Assembly: GCA_012026655.1 (NCBI GenBank)
Contig: JAAILG010000451.1
Coordinates: forward strand, 1-64,000
DNA length: 64,000 bases
From: Hydrolagus affinis
Taxonomy: Eukaryota
Direction of reading: 5' to 3'
The notes under the pieces are model-generated. The model did not search any database. It was not told the origin of the DNA and worked only from the letters and a program-made list of their open reading frames with translations. The translations under genes were made by a program, and so were the position numbers. Shown in pieces: positions 1 through 42,799 of this stretch (position 1 is its first letter; each line of letters starts with the position of its first letter).

Positions 1-430
1 TGTGTGTCTCTCTCCATGAGTGAGTGTGTCTATGTGTGTGTGTGTCTTCATGAGTGAGTGTGTCTATGAGTGTGTGTCTCCCCATGAGTGAGTGTGTCTA
101 TGTATGTCTCCATGTGTGTCTCTCTGAGTGTCTGTGAGTGAGTGAATCTGTGAGTGTGTTTCTGTGTGATTGAGTATCTATGTGTGAGTGTCTCTATGTC
201 TGATTGAATGTCTCTATGTGTGTGTCAGTATCTCTATGAGTGAGTGTCTATGTGTAAGTGAGTGTGTCTGTGTGAGTACAGTATCTGTATGTGTCTTTGT
301 ATGTGTCTCCTATATGTGAGTGTCTGTCTGTGTGTGTATGTGTTACTGTCTGTGTGACTGCATTTCTACGTGTGTGTGTATATCTGAGAATGTCTGTGAT
401 TGTGTGTGTGTACGTATCTCTCTGTGTCAG
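1..430. repeat. Degenerate (TG/TGTC/TGAG)n low-complexity microsatellite
   Basis: Visible tgtgtgtctc/tgagtgtgtc iterations. Confidence 0.9.
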
Positions 431-762
431 GTTGCAGTGCTGGGCACCGAGAGATAGGAGGTGATGAACCTACTGTAGCCCTGCAATTTGGATACTGGGC
501 TTTGATGTCAGTTTCTGTTAAAGAAGAAATTAATTAAAGTGCTTTGCAGCAATCTATTATTTCCTCGAGTTTAGTTTTTAATCAATAAAGTATAAAAACA
601 AAGGTTAGCATTAAAATGTACCTCAATACACAAATCAACCCCCTTCAATTTTCCCCAAAGATCCATAAAATATGAAGTTATCATCAATTCCTAAATGGCA
701 ACATACTAAACAGATGGGAAGAATAAAAAGAAACACATATAAATCTCTTTTACTCAATTCCA

Positions 763-768
763 TTTATT
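763..768 (-). terminator. Candidate distal poly(A) signal of CPNE7 (would give a ~5.8 kb 3'UTR)
   Basis: AATAAA on the minus strand followed by a U/GU-rich tract (tttatatgtgtttctttttatt). Confidence 0.4.
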
Positions 769-1119
769 AGAGATCAGCTCAATATCAAAAACAAGGAGTC
801 CCGCCGAATGCCCTTGCACTTTCACCTTCATACAGTCAAAACACGGAATGTTAGTCATCTTATATCGCTTGTGACTTATTCACTTCACTTGTAAAGAAAT
901 GTACATAACATTTTCATGCAGTCTTTAATCTCTATAATAGATGATGTAAAGCAGCCAGGAAAAAAAAATCCAGAATTCAGAAAATGCAGCACATTTAAAA
1001 ACGTTCATTTCGAAGCAGAACAATACAGAAGAGGTTGACGGGTCTGTCACTGGCATGCGTGTGTATCATACACTTTAACCGGCACTTTCATTCATTCAGC
1101 AAGTGGCAAACACGAATGT

Positions 1120-1720
1120 ATTATAGAATCTTATACTACAGAAAGAGGCCATTTGATCCATCTTGTCTGTGCCAGCTATTTGAAAGAACTATCAGACTAG
1201 TTCCACTCCACCACTCTTACTGCATAGCCCTGCAAATTTATATTTCAAATCATTTTTAAAAGTCTCTCTGCATAAACATTTTTGAATTTTTTTGTCAAAT
1301 TTGGTAGGAATCACATTACAGTATTTTTTAGGAACTGAGTCTGTGTGAGGCACCGATCGGTCTCTTCAACCTCCTCCCTCCTCCCTCCCGTTAATCGTTC
1401 CTATGCAGCCGATACATTAATTTGAGGTCTGGAGCATTCTGCCTACTTCTTTTATATATCAAGTTTGTTGTTCTGCTAATAAATTACTCAAAAACTATGA
1501 AATAAACAAATTTACAGCACAGAACAGAAGGGCATTTAGTCTATCGTGTTTTTGTAGAGCAATTCTTTTCAGTCTCATTTAGCTGCCCTTCCCCAATATC
1601 CCTGTAATGTATTCCTTTTTACCAATCTGTCTAGCTCCCTCTTAAAAGCTAAAATGAAATCTGCTGTTCCCTTCAGGGCAATCCATACCCTAACTGAGTG
1701 AAAAAAGATTCCTAATCTAA
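1120..1720 (-). mobile_element. Two CR1-type LINE 3' tail remnants
   Basis: atagaatc...gaggccatttgatccatc...gtgccagct and acagcacagaa...ggcatttagtc match CR1 tails elsewhere in the window (28585, 33300). Confidence 0.55.
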
Positions 1721-1969
1721 TCAATTCAGATCTTTATAGTTGCCTACCGCTCGTGAAACTTGAAATTCCACCTGGTCTCATCCCATAAAGATAATTTGAT
1801 CGGTGGGAGGAATGGGGCAATGTTCCAGATTACGACAAATTTAAGGAATTTCCCATAATTCGGAGGAGCTCTCCGACAAAATGATCATAGCAGTGCCCCA
1901 CAAACAGTCGTTGATTGAAGTGACCCAATTTAAAAAAATTAGAAGAAATTATTACCACCAGAAAATCAA

Positions 1970-2110
1970 TCGTCAAATAACTAACAACCAGGTTCCTACT
2001 TACTGCTGGGTAAACAGAGGTATGTGGAGTAAGGAAACTTTCCCAATATTTTGCCCCAGGTCTCCCGTGAGGCAAGAGCTCAAACCACTGAGCTCTTGTG
2101 AGGCAATTGT
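1970..2110 (-). mobile_element. tRNA-derived SINE 5' fragment (long form)
   Basis: ctaacaaccaggttcctacttactgctgggtaaacagagg...ggagtaaggaaac...accactgagct. Confidence 0.7.
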
Positions 2111-5100
2111 TCAAGACTCCACGGAGATTACTGTCTTATTTCACTACTATGTACTTTCCTCAAATGAAACCGTTCATTTCTATGCATTGCCTAACCTGCG
2201 TTGGAATTCTGACAAATATATATGTTATTGACAATTTAATAGGCACATGACCACAATGAGATGCTAAAACGTGGACTGGGGTAACAGCTAATTAACTAAC
2301 ATGGAAAGCTATCGCAAGCAATTATTTTTGCTGTTTCACTATATAATTAACAGCATTTGAACATGGATAATAGCTCAACGTTTTAGATCCCAAATGCCAC
2401 TTTGATAGCCGAATGGACAATTTTAAAGAGTATGTGTTGGCCTCAAGTTACAAACCTAGAAATGCCTCATTTTATAAAACATATCAGCTCCAAGCATCAC
2501 ACAGCAGCTGTAGTGCAAAGATGTGTTTATAGTTCAGTACATTGGGAAGAGTATCTTTAGGCGAGCAACACCAAACTTCCCCCCACCGCCCCATCATCCC
2601 TTCTCTTCCCAGTGTGTGCACAAATGGAGATTGTGAAAGTGTCGGTGCTATAAAGATCTTTAGATAAGAGACCAACAATCCTCTGCCATGATGGTGCAGT
2701 GTGCAACTGGCTTAATTGTCCTCCGCAACTTTGGAGGAGTTACTGATGGATTTTATTCAAAGTGCTTTGTCTTGTGGGTTGAAGGTGAACAGCTGAAAAT
2801 AAGTGCAAGATAGGATGATTCTGCCTGAACCAGCTCAGAAGACAGTATAATTTGATTTAACTACCAGCTGTTTTTCTAGCTCATATTTCTTTTTATATTA
2901 AGCGTTAGCTAAAGGATAAACAAAATTTGTTAATGGTAGAGAATGAATCTTGAATATTTGAAGTTGGGTTGTCTTGAAGTTGGGAGCTCAGCATCGGTGG
3001 CAGAGTTGATTACCTGCTGGTAACGTCTGCACCACACACATCAGCAGCTCAATGCAAATCACACCATCAATTTCTCCGTTGGGAATGGATTATAATAATA
3101 TCACTCGGCAGAATCCATCAGATAACCCTTCATCAAGAATCATACAAAATGTATAACCGGCAACTGTGACATCGCTGCAGGGAAACCCTTTGTGGAGTAT
3201 TGTTCTAGCGTTCTCAAAGATTTCCATTTTACGATAAGACTGGAAAACCGCCAATGACAACATTAATCAGAGGCAATCATGCCAATCAGATTGAGAGCAA
3301 CATTGGTGTCTATACACATCTCTGACAGACTTCAAACCAATCTACGTATTTTTTATGACCAACAGACTTAAGCTAGCGAATACAGTAGCAACAAAGTTTG
3401 GTACATGTTAATCATAATACAACATATATTCAGTCATGATGAATGACCATAGCTAATTTTAACCAATTCTACCAAGCGTTCAAAAGAGTGAGCACAGTAT
3501 TTCCTTCATCCCCGACTGTTAATATGAAGCCTTGCACTAGTTTACAGACAGCTCCAATTGTGCAGGAGTGATATCCTCATCTGCCGTAGATCACAACTCA
3601 TTGTGAAGCATTCCCACAAGATTTCATCTTCATAAACAAAACCAAAAGGAAACAGCTGCTAGATTTCTAAATTGCTGTAATGGGATTGTTTTCTTCTTCA
3701 CAAAAGAGTGGGAATGCCAAAGAGAAGGACGCATTTATATACAGTATAAGAGATAATGTAGAGAATTCTAGCTGGCTGAAAAAACACAAGATCCAGTGTA
3801 AGTAGAAATACTGTTCACTCAACTAAGTAGCATTCACGTTTATACTTAATGCAATCACTTAATATGCACTGTACTATTCTATATTAAAATTGACTGTAAC
3901 TACCGTATAGTATTTCACTTGGTCTTGGCTCAGCTGCCTGGTGCAAAAGAGCTTCTCTTGCAATGTCATATTAATATCAGCAGTAAACTACAGCACTAGC
4001 CATGTTGTGCAAGTGTAAGGCATCAAGCAAAGGCTGGAAACATGTTCAGAGTATTCAGCTAATAGGTGTATTTGTGGATTTTGATGGGACTTATAATCAA
4101 TTTGTGTTGGAGACTCTAATCCTGCCCTTGTTTTAACCAGTTGGACAACGAATGGAAGATAAAAGTCCACCACAGGTCCGAACAAGCAAACACAGAACAA
4201 GAAAGGGCAATTCACCTCAGGGAAATGTATCTAAACCCTCTCCACCAAAAAAATCTCCTCCTTCCCATCCCACTCTTCTACTTCTCTCCCAACCTTAAGA
4301 ACAGAGAGATCTTCTTGCCCCAAGAAATATTGCTCGGGTTCAATCCTGTCTCTGTGCAGCGCTCTGAGATGCTACCCTGGGGTAAAGGCACTGTTGTCAT
4401 TGTTGTTGTTTGTATATCTCAGTCTATATCTGTTCCTTTTCAACCTCCAATATTGTTTTCCAGTATGTACTGTACTTATCTAGTTTGAAGTAAAAAAAAA
4501 CGAAGGAATAAAAACGAAACACGAACAATTTGGTAATTTAGCCAATGTATAGGAACTCCGCCAATCTCCATAACCTGTACAATCTGTCATGGATTTGATT
4601 CTAGTTGGTAACACATTTAGGTGTATTTTTACACTCATTGTAACCTGGGTATCAACACAACTGAAGACAGCTTTGATTACAACAATTACAACACCATCTA
4701 TGAATAGTGGCGATCAGTATAATCACTTGCATCATTTCAAAGGCGTTGCTTTACTCTAGTTCCTTTTATGAACTGCGGGAGCCAAATGCTGTAAATTACT
4801 TCTTCATTTTACCCAATCTGACGTAGTCAATTTAAAAATAATTGATAGCTTTCTGGGGTTTTTTCCCCTCATTATCTTTAATTTGTGTATTGAAGCACAT
4901 TTTAATGTCTTCCTGTTGCGATTATCTCTGCCTTATTCAGGTTAATCTCCTATTGATTTTGATTTTGTTTCATTGATGTTAGACAAGAACATCAGAGGAT
5001 ACGGAGAAAGCATGAAATGGGGGTTAGGGTGGGCAGTTTCACAAAGATTGCTTTCTCTTCCCCATCCCAATGGGATTTATTCGGGCATCAATTAGTCCAA

Positions 5101-5864
5101 CGAGGATCTTCCTTGAGAAGTGGTGAAAGAAATTCGTTCTGGGTCTTAGTGCCTAAACTTTGGCCAAATTTGAAATTTAAACTCATCCATTTGCTTGGGT
5201 GTTTAATACATTACAGTTAGCAAGAGTTAGCAAGAACTTAAGTTCACGATCACACATTCAGAAACATTCCATGCCTCTCTACACATAAACACATACAAGC
5301 TGGCACCCTCCCTCTCCCCCAAAACCCCCTCTCCCCCCATCCCCCTCCACACACCCACATGCACACACAGAAACAGACACATATAAAGTAATAGGAATTG
5401 AAGGTTATAATGGTGATTTCCCCCGAGATCACTGAGATGCAAGAAGTGTCTTGCCCCATCCTTTGCTGTGTTGGATACAGGGTGACCGGAAAAATGAATC
5501 ACACCAATTCATCACAAGCCTCACTGTGCCCACTTGGTTATTTTGTTCTGCTCACTGGACCAAATCTGGTTTCCCAAGAAGGGTTGTGGTACTCAACCTC
5601 CATAGTATATCATCATCCACCAGAGTTACAAGGGAGATATATCCTTAGAAACAGAATTACATTACCTCCCTCCCTACCCACTCCAAATCGGTGTAATGTT
5701 TCACATTGCTAGGATCAATGTGACATTATTGTGATTTATCAACACCAAATCAAGAAGGAAAGTAACTTGGAAACATCGTGCAAACAGTCTACACACTGTA
5801 ACTACAGTTGCAGAGTAAATCATGCCTTAAAATACTGGGTTCCAACCAGCTTCTGTACACTGGC

Positions 5865-5903
<39 letters not shown>

Positions 5904-6557
5904 TCCTTGCATTTGATATAGCGCTTTTCACGTCTTGTAGACGTCTCAAAGCTCTGAAGAGATATTCACCCGCAAAATACATAGTCACTCCAGTTTACAG
6001 TAAATTGTGTGAAGTGCTTTGAGATGTCCTCCCAACGTGAAAAGTGCTGCATTGAAAATTATTTTTATTACTACAGTAAGAAGTTTGACTTTGTTGAGCT
6101 GGTTCCCTGCTTTAGCTTCAGGTATGTTGTTTCCTTTGCAGTGGTTTCAATTACCTTTTACCTTTATAGAAAGAAACACTTTCCCCCTCGTGACATTTCT
6201 CCACTGTACAAAGCTCTTCCTACTTTGTATTTACAGCTATACCCCACTCCAGTCTGTCAATGCTGTACAACCAATCAACACAGGAAGCACTGACATCCTG
6301 ATGTCTCCCATCGGGGGGAAGTCACAAGTTCACCTTCTAGTGTCGAGGATTTCCGCAAGGGGTTGATCACGAGGATGGATGGAACAAGTCTTTTTTTTAA
6401 AAAAAACACACATGTGTGATAACTGCTGAGTGAATTATTTCCTGAAAAAATGGGAGAAAAAAGCATGTGAGAAAAAAAAATCAGTTACATGACGTAAATT
6501 GCTTTTAAGCTTCTTTATATCTTTAGTCTCTTTGGAGACTTGAACAGCTCAGTCAGT

Positions 6558-35189
<28,632 letters not shown>

Positions 35190-36314
35190 CTGTAAATAAA
35201 AATTAAGGAAAAAATTAGTTGTGATAAAGCCATAAGGCAAAAGGTTTGAAGTATTGCCTAATTGAGATGTGAATGACACAAGAATTCAAGAATTGTTTAT
35301 TTGCTCAGTGTTTTTTGGCATAGTCCACAATATTTATTTTCATTGTTGATTTTCATTAAATCTGGCTGATTGTAGGGAGACTGAAATGAGCAAAAGAAAA
35401 AAGAAACACAAAAATGAGAGAAAAATGAAAGCTAAGGTTAAACAAACACAAGACAGTAAGCAAACGATTAATTCTGAGCAAATGTGATCCCTGAGTGGCA
35501 TTTGAGAATAATACCGGGGATTCTGCCAAGGAGTATTATGCTATGTGATTAGGAGCTAGTTTGTATGCAATATACAATATACCCTTTCATCATAGTACCT
35601 CAAGGATTCACTCCCATTACGTAGAATTCCAATGCATAAAATTGCCTTCTATCCTCTACCGTTCAATAGAATGAAAATGTGGCAAACCACTTGTATTGTA
35701 CAAAAACATAGAATGAAAAGAGTGGAGTGTCTAACCACAAGCAAAGCTTCCAAGATAAATCTCATTAAAACTTCAAGATATCCATCTTTTCACAATCTAT
35801 ATTGTTCAGCCCTATTCGTTCGCATCTTGTCTACTATATTTCCATGGCTTGACTATAATAACCTAAGTATTTGATCTTATATGTCTAAGCAGTTCTTTGT
35901 TGGAAGAACTAATCTAAATAGCATGAATAGCTTTCCTGTTTTTGGATATCCACCAGCTAATGATAAACACAATTATTCAGTCTTAAGTTTTCCTGAAGCT
36001 CATTAGCTCACATTCTCTCCTGTTTCAATTATATTGCAATTACCTGCTTAGAGTATCGTTGCCTCGTACTATTTTAAAGATGCGCATCATGTCCCCTCAT
36101 AATCTTCTTTACCTCAATTAAAATAAACGTTAAGATGTTCTTTGATCTTCTCTAAGTAGCTTTGATGAGCCCGTTCCAATGTTCTAAGTCTTTTGGTTCT
36201 GTTTCTGTTATTTGTTCTATATACTGTACAGCGTTTCACGGAATCACTTCCAAGCCTGTTGGGTCTGCTTTGATTTTTTTATATTTGGTTAGTTTGCTAA
36301 AACTAACTCTGACC

Positions 36315-36500
36315 TAGCAGCCAATTGTACCCAGTAGTGTCCCACAAACAGTAGTGGCTTGAGTGACCAAATTATAAAAAAATGTTTTAGTATTATCCCC
36401 GGAAAAGAGATCCACCAATCGATTAACAACCGGGTTCCTAGTTACTGTTAGGTAAACAGCGGCGTGTGGAGTAAGGAAAATTGCCCAAGATTTTGCCCTG
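36315..36500 (-). mobile_element. tRNA-derived SINE internal fragment (long form)
   Basis: gcagccaattg...taacaaccgggttcctagttactg...ggagtaaggaa. Confidence 0.75.
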
Positions 36501-39315
36501 CAAGATCAGATAAAAGAGTTAGGGATAAAATAATCCCAAATTATTTGAGATCCGCTAATCTAGTGGAGAACTCCTCAGCAGGGGTTCTATACGATACAAA
36601 CTGGGTACAGTAGTACCTTTTCATTATTTAAAGTGCATCTTAAGAATACAGGATGTGAAAAAACAAAATCAACACCCACTCACTTTGTGAATCGGAGCAT
36701 GTCTGAAGCAAATGAGTTTTGAGTTTGTTTCTTTAGTTAAAGGAGAAATGCAGTTTCTTTCCTTGTTTCTGCCTGCCTCTTGTCTTTGGCACTAACTGGA
36801 GTATGTGGCTGTGTTGTACCCTACCCAAGTGATCATTCTACATGTGTGTGCCAAGACACTATGTGCTTGTGCATATCACAGCTGAGCCTTTTACTGTCTT
36901 CACCCAATGCCCACAGATGTGCACTTTCCAACTGGGGCCATTGTTAACAAACACAAAACAGAATCTGAACGTTTGTTCCTCTCCGTTATCCAGGGGCACT
37001 GAAAAAACAATTTTAGCATCACCACTGCTACTCCAGCTGAGATCATCAAACACAGCTCAGACCAGGCTTTGAACCTAGGTCCTTCCTCCTTTCTCAGGCC
37101 TTTTTCACCCATTGTTCCAAGCGAAAGGTGGTGCGTTTACCCACTGAAGCACCAAGAAGCTACAAAGTTGTATGTCAATTCTCTCGGTGTCAACAGCTAC
37201 CGTCTAAACATCCCATATTGAAAGAACAAAATACCAGAGAACATCAACCCCATAGGGTTAAAGGTGAAAATCTATTTGCATAATGCTGTATCCCAAATTC
37301 CATTCACAGATCACATGCTTCCAATTAGAATATGCCAGAAAAAAAATCCTATAACACTTTCACCAAACCCATAACTTGCACAATGTAAGTTAATTATCAA
37401 ACATATTTTCTTCACAATAACCTAAAAATGATATTCATGAAACTCAAAATGCATAATTATTATTGTATTATGAACCATATTAATGAGTATTCTAATTGGA
37501 TTCTATTTGCGTATGTCACAGATTCATAAAAACAGAAGCTTTTTATTGATTTATGTGAGGTTACGATACTTCAGTATTCAGGCTGTTGTTTTGTAGTTTG
37601 GAGAATAATAGTTACACTGGTGCAGTTATAGTTCAGAAACCTTAGGTTAAATAAATCAAATCTAACCAGATTTGATTAGATAGAAAATATATGTTCATTA
37701 CAATGCAAAACAATCATTTTTCTCACCTCAAAATTTGGAGGATATTTTCTTTACATTATAAATGCTCTGGGATGCTATCCCGCATGAGCGGCACTAAATA
37801 AATGCAAGTTGTTGTTGTTTTGTGGTTTATGTTAATTTAACCAAACGCGTATGTACAGACTAAGTTGTTTGTGTCACATGTTGTATTTTGCCGTATTACT
37901 TGGATATGGAGTGTTGGGTCACGCAGATAAAATTCCAGTTATTGCTATGGAGACCATCACTAGAAGGAAAGGAAAGGTAAATTTCACAGCCATCTTAGCT
38001 CCAATGGAGATTGCTATTGAATGTGACAGATGGTTAGTTACTGTTACTGCCTGAAGTTAACAGGAGGTAATGTTGGTACCTTTTAGATAGCAGCAGTGAG
38101 AATAGGGTGGGGGGATTGACAGGTTTTTTTAAGTGTTAACAATGGAATTACACTGCTGTAGGTGAATAAAATGCAGTGTGTACAACAATATTGATCAATT
38201 TGCCCTCTACATTCCATGTAAACATTCCACCAGTTACTGAATTTCACTGTGAAAACCCCACAGGAAAATAACTGAAGTTAGCAAATGATCAAGGTTGAGC
38301 AGTCAACACAAGGTATGTGTGACTGAGCTCAGCCTGTTCAAAAAATGCTAAGAGTTTCAAACATATTCCTTTTTAAAAAAAAAAATAAGGTTTAAGGTGA
38401 TCGTAAGCACGGTTGAAGAGGAAGGTTTTCAGGTGGGAATTGAAAAGGGGAGAGAGGGGGCAATGTGGAGTGTCATCGCTGAACTTCATTCGTTTCACTC
38501 CGTCCTTATTCTAAAAGACTTTCCCTTCCTACCCTCACTGCAATTGATACTTCCAATGTTAAAGGAAACGCCAAACATATCCCACACCAGCAACTGTTTC
38601 TCGTGCGATGCTATCGCCAGAACAAAAAATCTCACAAACACATCTAATTTATCTTTTTTTTGTTTAAAACGTCTTCTGAAAACTGTTGGAATAGTTTTTA
38701 TTATTTTATGTTCTTCAAGTACTTCTGATATCTAAGATAAATAATAATAATCCTTGCATTTGATATAGTGCCTTATCATCATTCGATTTCAAAGAATCTG
38801 ATTTAAATTTATTAGCTGGAATTTAAATAACTACTATTTTGTTTTCTCCTTATTAAAGGAAATCAGTGATTGAATGCATCCTTTGGTATATAGGTAGTTT
38901 TCAGTATGAATGAGGTGCTAACTCAACAGTCATCTGCTAACAATGCAAATTGTATATAAAAATAACAGGATACTAACATTCTGCTCAGTACTACACTATA
39001 GGAAGATTATGCATATACAATTTGTAGTACACAACAGAACGCAAAGAGCAGATGGTTCTAAATGTTAGGCTATGGCTTGAAAAATGATTGGTACATCCAA
39101 GTGCTGAAATCTATTTCAAGCTCCACAGCCCCGTGAAGCAGGGGATCATTAATGTAATAATTCATTAAAATTAAGATTATATTGAAAATAAAATGGGACT
39201 TATTTACTTACTAGTTTCATAGCATAACTCTGAGATAAATATATCAATGAAAATTGTTGCTGTTGTAGCTTTCAATACATAATATGTCTAGGACAGTGAA
39301 AAGGATTAAATTACA

Positions 39316-39610
39316 AGTGGTTAGAGCACTCGCCTCGCAAGCGAGAGACCTGGGTTCAATTCCCGGCAGGTCAAAACCTTAGACAAGTTTCTTTACTCCA
39401 CACGCCTGATAATAATCCCTCAAGAAAAACACATAATAAATTGGTCACTTCAATCCATGTCTGTTTGTGGGACACTGCTGTGTGCAAATGGCTGCCGCGA
39501 TTTCGCCCACAAATATACAGTCAATTCGCTTTACAGTATATGCTGTGAAGCACTTTGAGGTATCTAGAAGACGCAGTAAGAAGCTATATCAAATGTAAGG
39601 ATTATTATTC
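39316..39610 (+). mobile_element. tRNA-derived SINE (short form), well preserved
   Basis: agtggttagagcactcgcctcgcaagcgagagacctgggttcaattccc ... gctatatcaaatgtaaggattattatt. Confidence 0.88.
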
Positions 39611-40183
39611 TTGTTATGATAACAATCATTACTTTTAATGCCATTGCTTTGTGCTATCTTCACTGCATTGTGATTTGGTGAAGACCACAAGAATGAAATC
39701 AGTGTGCAAATAAAATAAGATTTTAGTACACATTTTCAAAAGGTGAAACCGAGATCTCTGCTTTCAGCGTTTCCAATGCCAATGCTTTGGGGAATGTAAT
39801 ATCCAGATGTAAGCAACCAGCTTTTACACAAACAGCAACTAATACAGCTAAAGTGAGAGATCAGGAAAGAACAAGCAACTCAACGGATGAATAGTGAATG
39901 TCAAGCGAGAGAAAAGTGTTTTCCAAAAGACTCATCTGATAATTAAAACTAGCCATTATTGCAAAGGAAATATGTTTTTTTAAAAAATTTTTGAAGCATA
40001 CAGTTCATGAATACATCAGAGGTTTAACATTTGCTTTACAAAATCTGAACTGAGTGGCATTATATAGTTACAGTCTAGAGCTAGACAGCATAGTTCAAAA
40101 AATCACTGCTTTATAACAAGCAGGTTTTACTTTTTACAATAATAGTTACTCAAATACTGAACAAGATTTCATCAAAAACTCAC

Positions 40184-40560
40184 CGGTTGCTGGCAGTGTA
40201 ACTGGGCTGGGTTCCATCTAACTCTCCACAAGCTCTTTATGGTCTTGTCGTCAAGCACTCCGTTCATCTAATATTTTCTGTACTCATCTTCTGCCACAAA
40301 CAGTACAGAGAGAGAGACAGAGAGAGATATATAGAGAGAGATAGGCTGCTTTGCCTCCGACACTAAGAGTAGCTGGAGGGAGAGCTGGATGCCAGCCTTG
40401 CTGCTGATTCAATACTGCCTGTTGTGTTGTGTTGTGTATCAGATGGTTTGTGCACAGATACGACGAGAGCAAGAGGCAGTCAGACATACACTAGGATACA
40501 GTAGTAGAGAGTGTGTGAGAGAGTGTGTGAGAGAGTGAGGGGGAGCTCTGAGCTAGAGCT
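40184..40560 (-). promoter_or_regulatory. CPNE7: Candidate CPNE7 first (non-coding) exon and promoter
   Basis: Consensus donor CCG|GTGAGT at 40178-40186; CT/CA-rich, transposon-free leader sequence; TSS not determinable from sequence. Confidence 0.5.
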
Positions 40561-41079
40561 TCAGGTAATTACACTCTTAGCACCCAGACACATCAGTTTG
40601 GGATTTACTCTAAAGATAACTAACAACCTCTTGGGGCTTAATCGGTTTCCCTTAAACCAAACCTGGAGGTATATATAGAACATCTTTATTTTCCACCTTG
40701 CTAGAGTATTTTGTATTGTACAGCCTCTCACTCTCTGGCTTTTAACCCTTCAACACTGCATTAGGTTTTTGTGCTGGGTTTCAGCAATCGGTGTCTATAA
40801 AGTATATTTATATTACCGTGCTGTGAAATGCTCAGTAAAATATCATCGCACACAGAGACAAAAAACAACTGAATTATGCCCCTGGTTGAAGTCCTCCATC
40901 AAGCAATTTATCTCCAACACAATACAAATAGTCTAATTCTATTAGACTATTTGTCTATTTCCTATTAGAAAAATTGATTATTTTTCTCCCCCCAACTCAG
41001 TAGAAACGGTAGAGATGAAAATATCTTGAGAGGTTTGAGGATCACAAGTTTCAGCAAAAATATTTCAAAAAGAAACATT

Positions 41080-41470
41080 CACTTCGCCAGCGTCTGACAA
41101 AGATTCGCCTCACAAGCAAGTAAAACCTCAGGCAAATTTCCTTATTCCACACAGCTTTGTTTAAGCGCTCTGGGACGCTTACCTCGTTTGAAGGGCGCTG
41201 AATAAATACAGGTTGTTGTCGTTGTTTACCTAGCAGTAAGTAGGCACAAGGTTCTTAGTTGATTGGCGGATCGCTGTCTGGGGATAATAATCTTTTCACA
41301 TAAACTGGGGGTCACTCCATCCATGACTGTTTATGGGACTCTGCTGTGAACAATTGGCTGCCACGTTTTGCCCACACAAAACAATCAATTTTTACCAATG
41401 TATTCTGTGAAGAACTTTGAGACGTCTCAACGACGTGATAAAGCGCTATAACAAATGCAAGGATTATTCT
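41080..41470 (+). mobile_element. tRNA-derived SINE (long form) with a nested L2-tail mini-insertion
   Basis: SINE body interrupted at 41164-41221, flanked by TTGTTTA duplication. Confidence 0.75.
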
Positions 41471-41575
41471 TAAGCGTTACCTTTTGGGAAAAAACAAACA
41501 AGGCATTTGCGTTGATACCGAAGATCTATAACATTTTTTACTTATGATTCATGATTATTTGTCGTTCCCCCCTCC

Positions 41576-41577
<2 letters not shown>

Positions 41578-41610
<33 letters not shown>
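41578..41610. repeat. (CA)n microsatellite
   Basis: About 16 perfect CA units. Confidence 0.95.
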
Positions 41611-41613
<3 letters not shown>

Positions 41614-42799
41614 TCCCAGCTACAACAACAGCAACAACAACAAAATTACATTTGTAGAGCGCCTTTCACGTCGGGAGGAGTTACCAGAAGTGATGCAATA
41701 TCAGGAACACACTTCTGGGCATAAGGTTAACCCCTGAAAGTGCTGAAACACTAACTAGAGACTTTTGCTATGATAATATCACTGTCGTCATCAGTTCTAG
41801 TGGTTGTATATTTGAAACAGTTTTCCACTTGCTTGTTTCAGTGGTTAGGCAACTTTTCTAAACCATTTTTATCAATTTTCCTAGTGCTCCTTCTGATTTA
41901 TTATTTTCTATTGCTTCTTTGTCCTTGCCTTTTCTCTTCATCCCTTGCGAGGTTTCAAAATAATCTCGTGGAAGCAAGGTGACCCGTGATCTGAAAAGTA
42001 ACATGCTGATGTGTTCTGGCAAATGGGCTATGCTTTTATCTGGTGGTCTTTCCTTGCACTAAGTACATTAATTTCATCAAAGTAGTTGGATAATAGTTGG
42101 ATAATCTGTGTTACTTTAACATTTTAATACATTATACTATAATTGAATCATTTCAAGGAATTTATAACAATGTTGGCACACCTTAAAACTCCTCTGTGGT
42201 TAAACATAGCCATTGCTAATGAATTACAACAACAAAATTACACTTGTATAGCAGCCTTTCATAGCAGCTTTTGAAATTCACAACAGCTTGCTTAGTGGTA
42301 GATTTTGCTCGATTTATATAATGCAATTTATATTTCATGACAGGATTTATTACTGAGACTTCCTCCTGTAATTACTTCAAATGTATCTCAATTACATGTC
42401 TTTAGAACCTGGAAAAAGTACGAGTAATTGAAAATCTTTACTGTGTTTGTATTAGTGCCTCTGACCTTTGCTTAATAACCTAACAATATTAGAACAATAC
42501 TGCATGACTGTTAAGATGACTGGCGGATACATGGAAGTAACATAATGGCCATTGGGCAACCAGATGGGTTCCACTCAAACATTAGGATGGCTTTAATACT
42601 GCAATATCAATCTTAATTTGGTATAGCACTTTCACCATAGGACGTCTCAAAGTGCTTCACAGGATTTGCTTTAAAATGTAGTGACTGTGGGTCCTTTTCT
42701 GGACAAATTCGACAGCCAGTTGTGCACATAGTAATGTGCCACAAATAGCTGTGACCACCCCCCCACCCCCACCCCCCCCAACCACACACTCCACCAATG

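Noticed and set aside
1035-6366. Numerous 60-116 aa ORFs in the region downstream of CPNE7
   Set aside because: No recognisable domains or splice-consistent structure; they overlap repeats and the presumptive 3'UTR.
6397-6470. Acceptor-like tttttctcccattttttcag at 6442 as an alternative last exon
   Set aside because: It would add only 14 non-homologous codons (EIIHSAVITHVCFF*) and remove the conserved copine C-terminus; more likely a U-rich 3'UTR.
39316-39375. tRNA-Ala-like cloverleafs (also at 31500-31580, 42800-42875, 46176-46250)
   Set aside because: Each continues into the same SINE body and tail; these are SINE heads, not tRNA genes.
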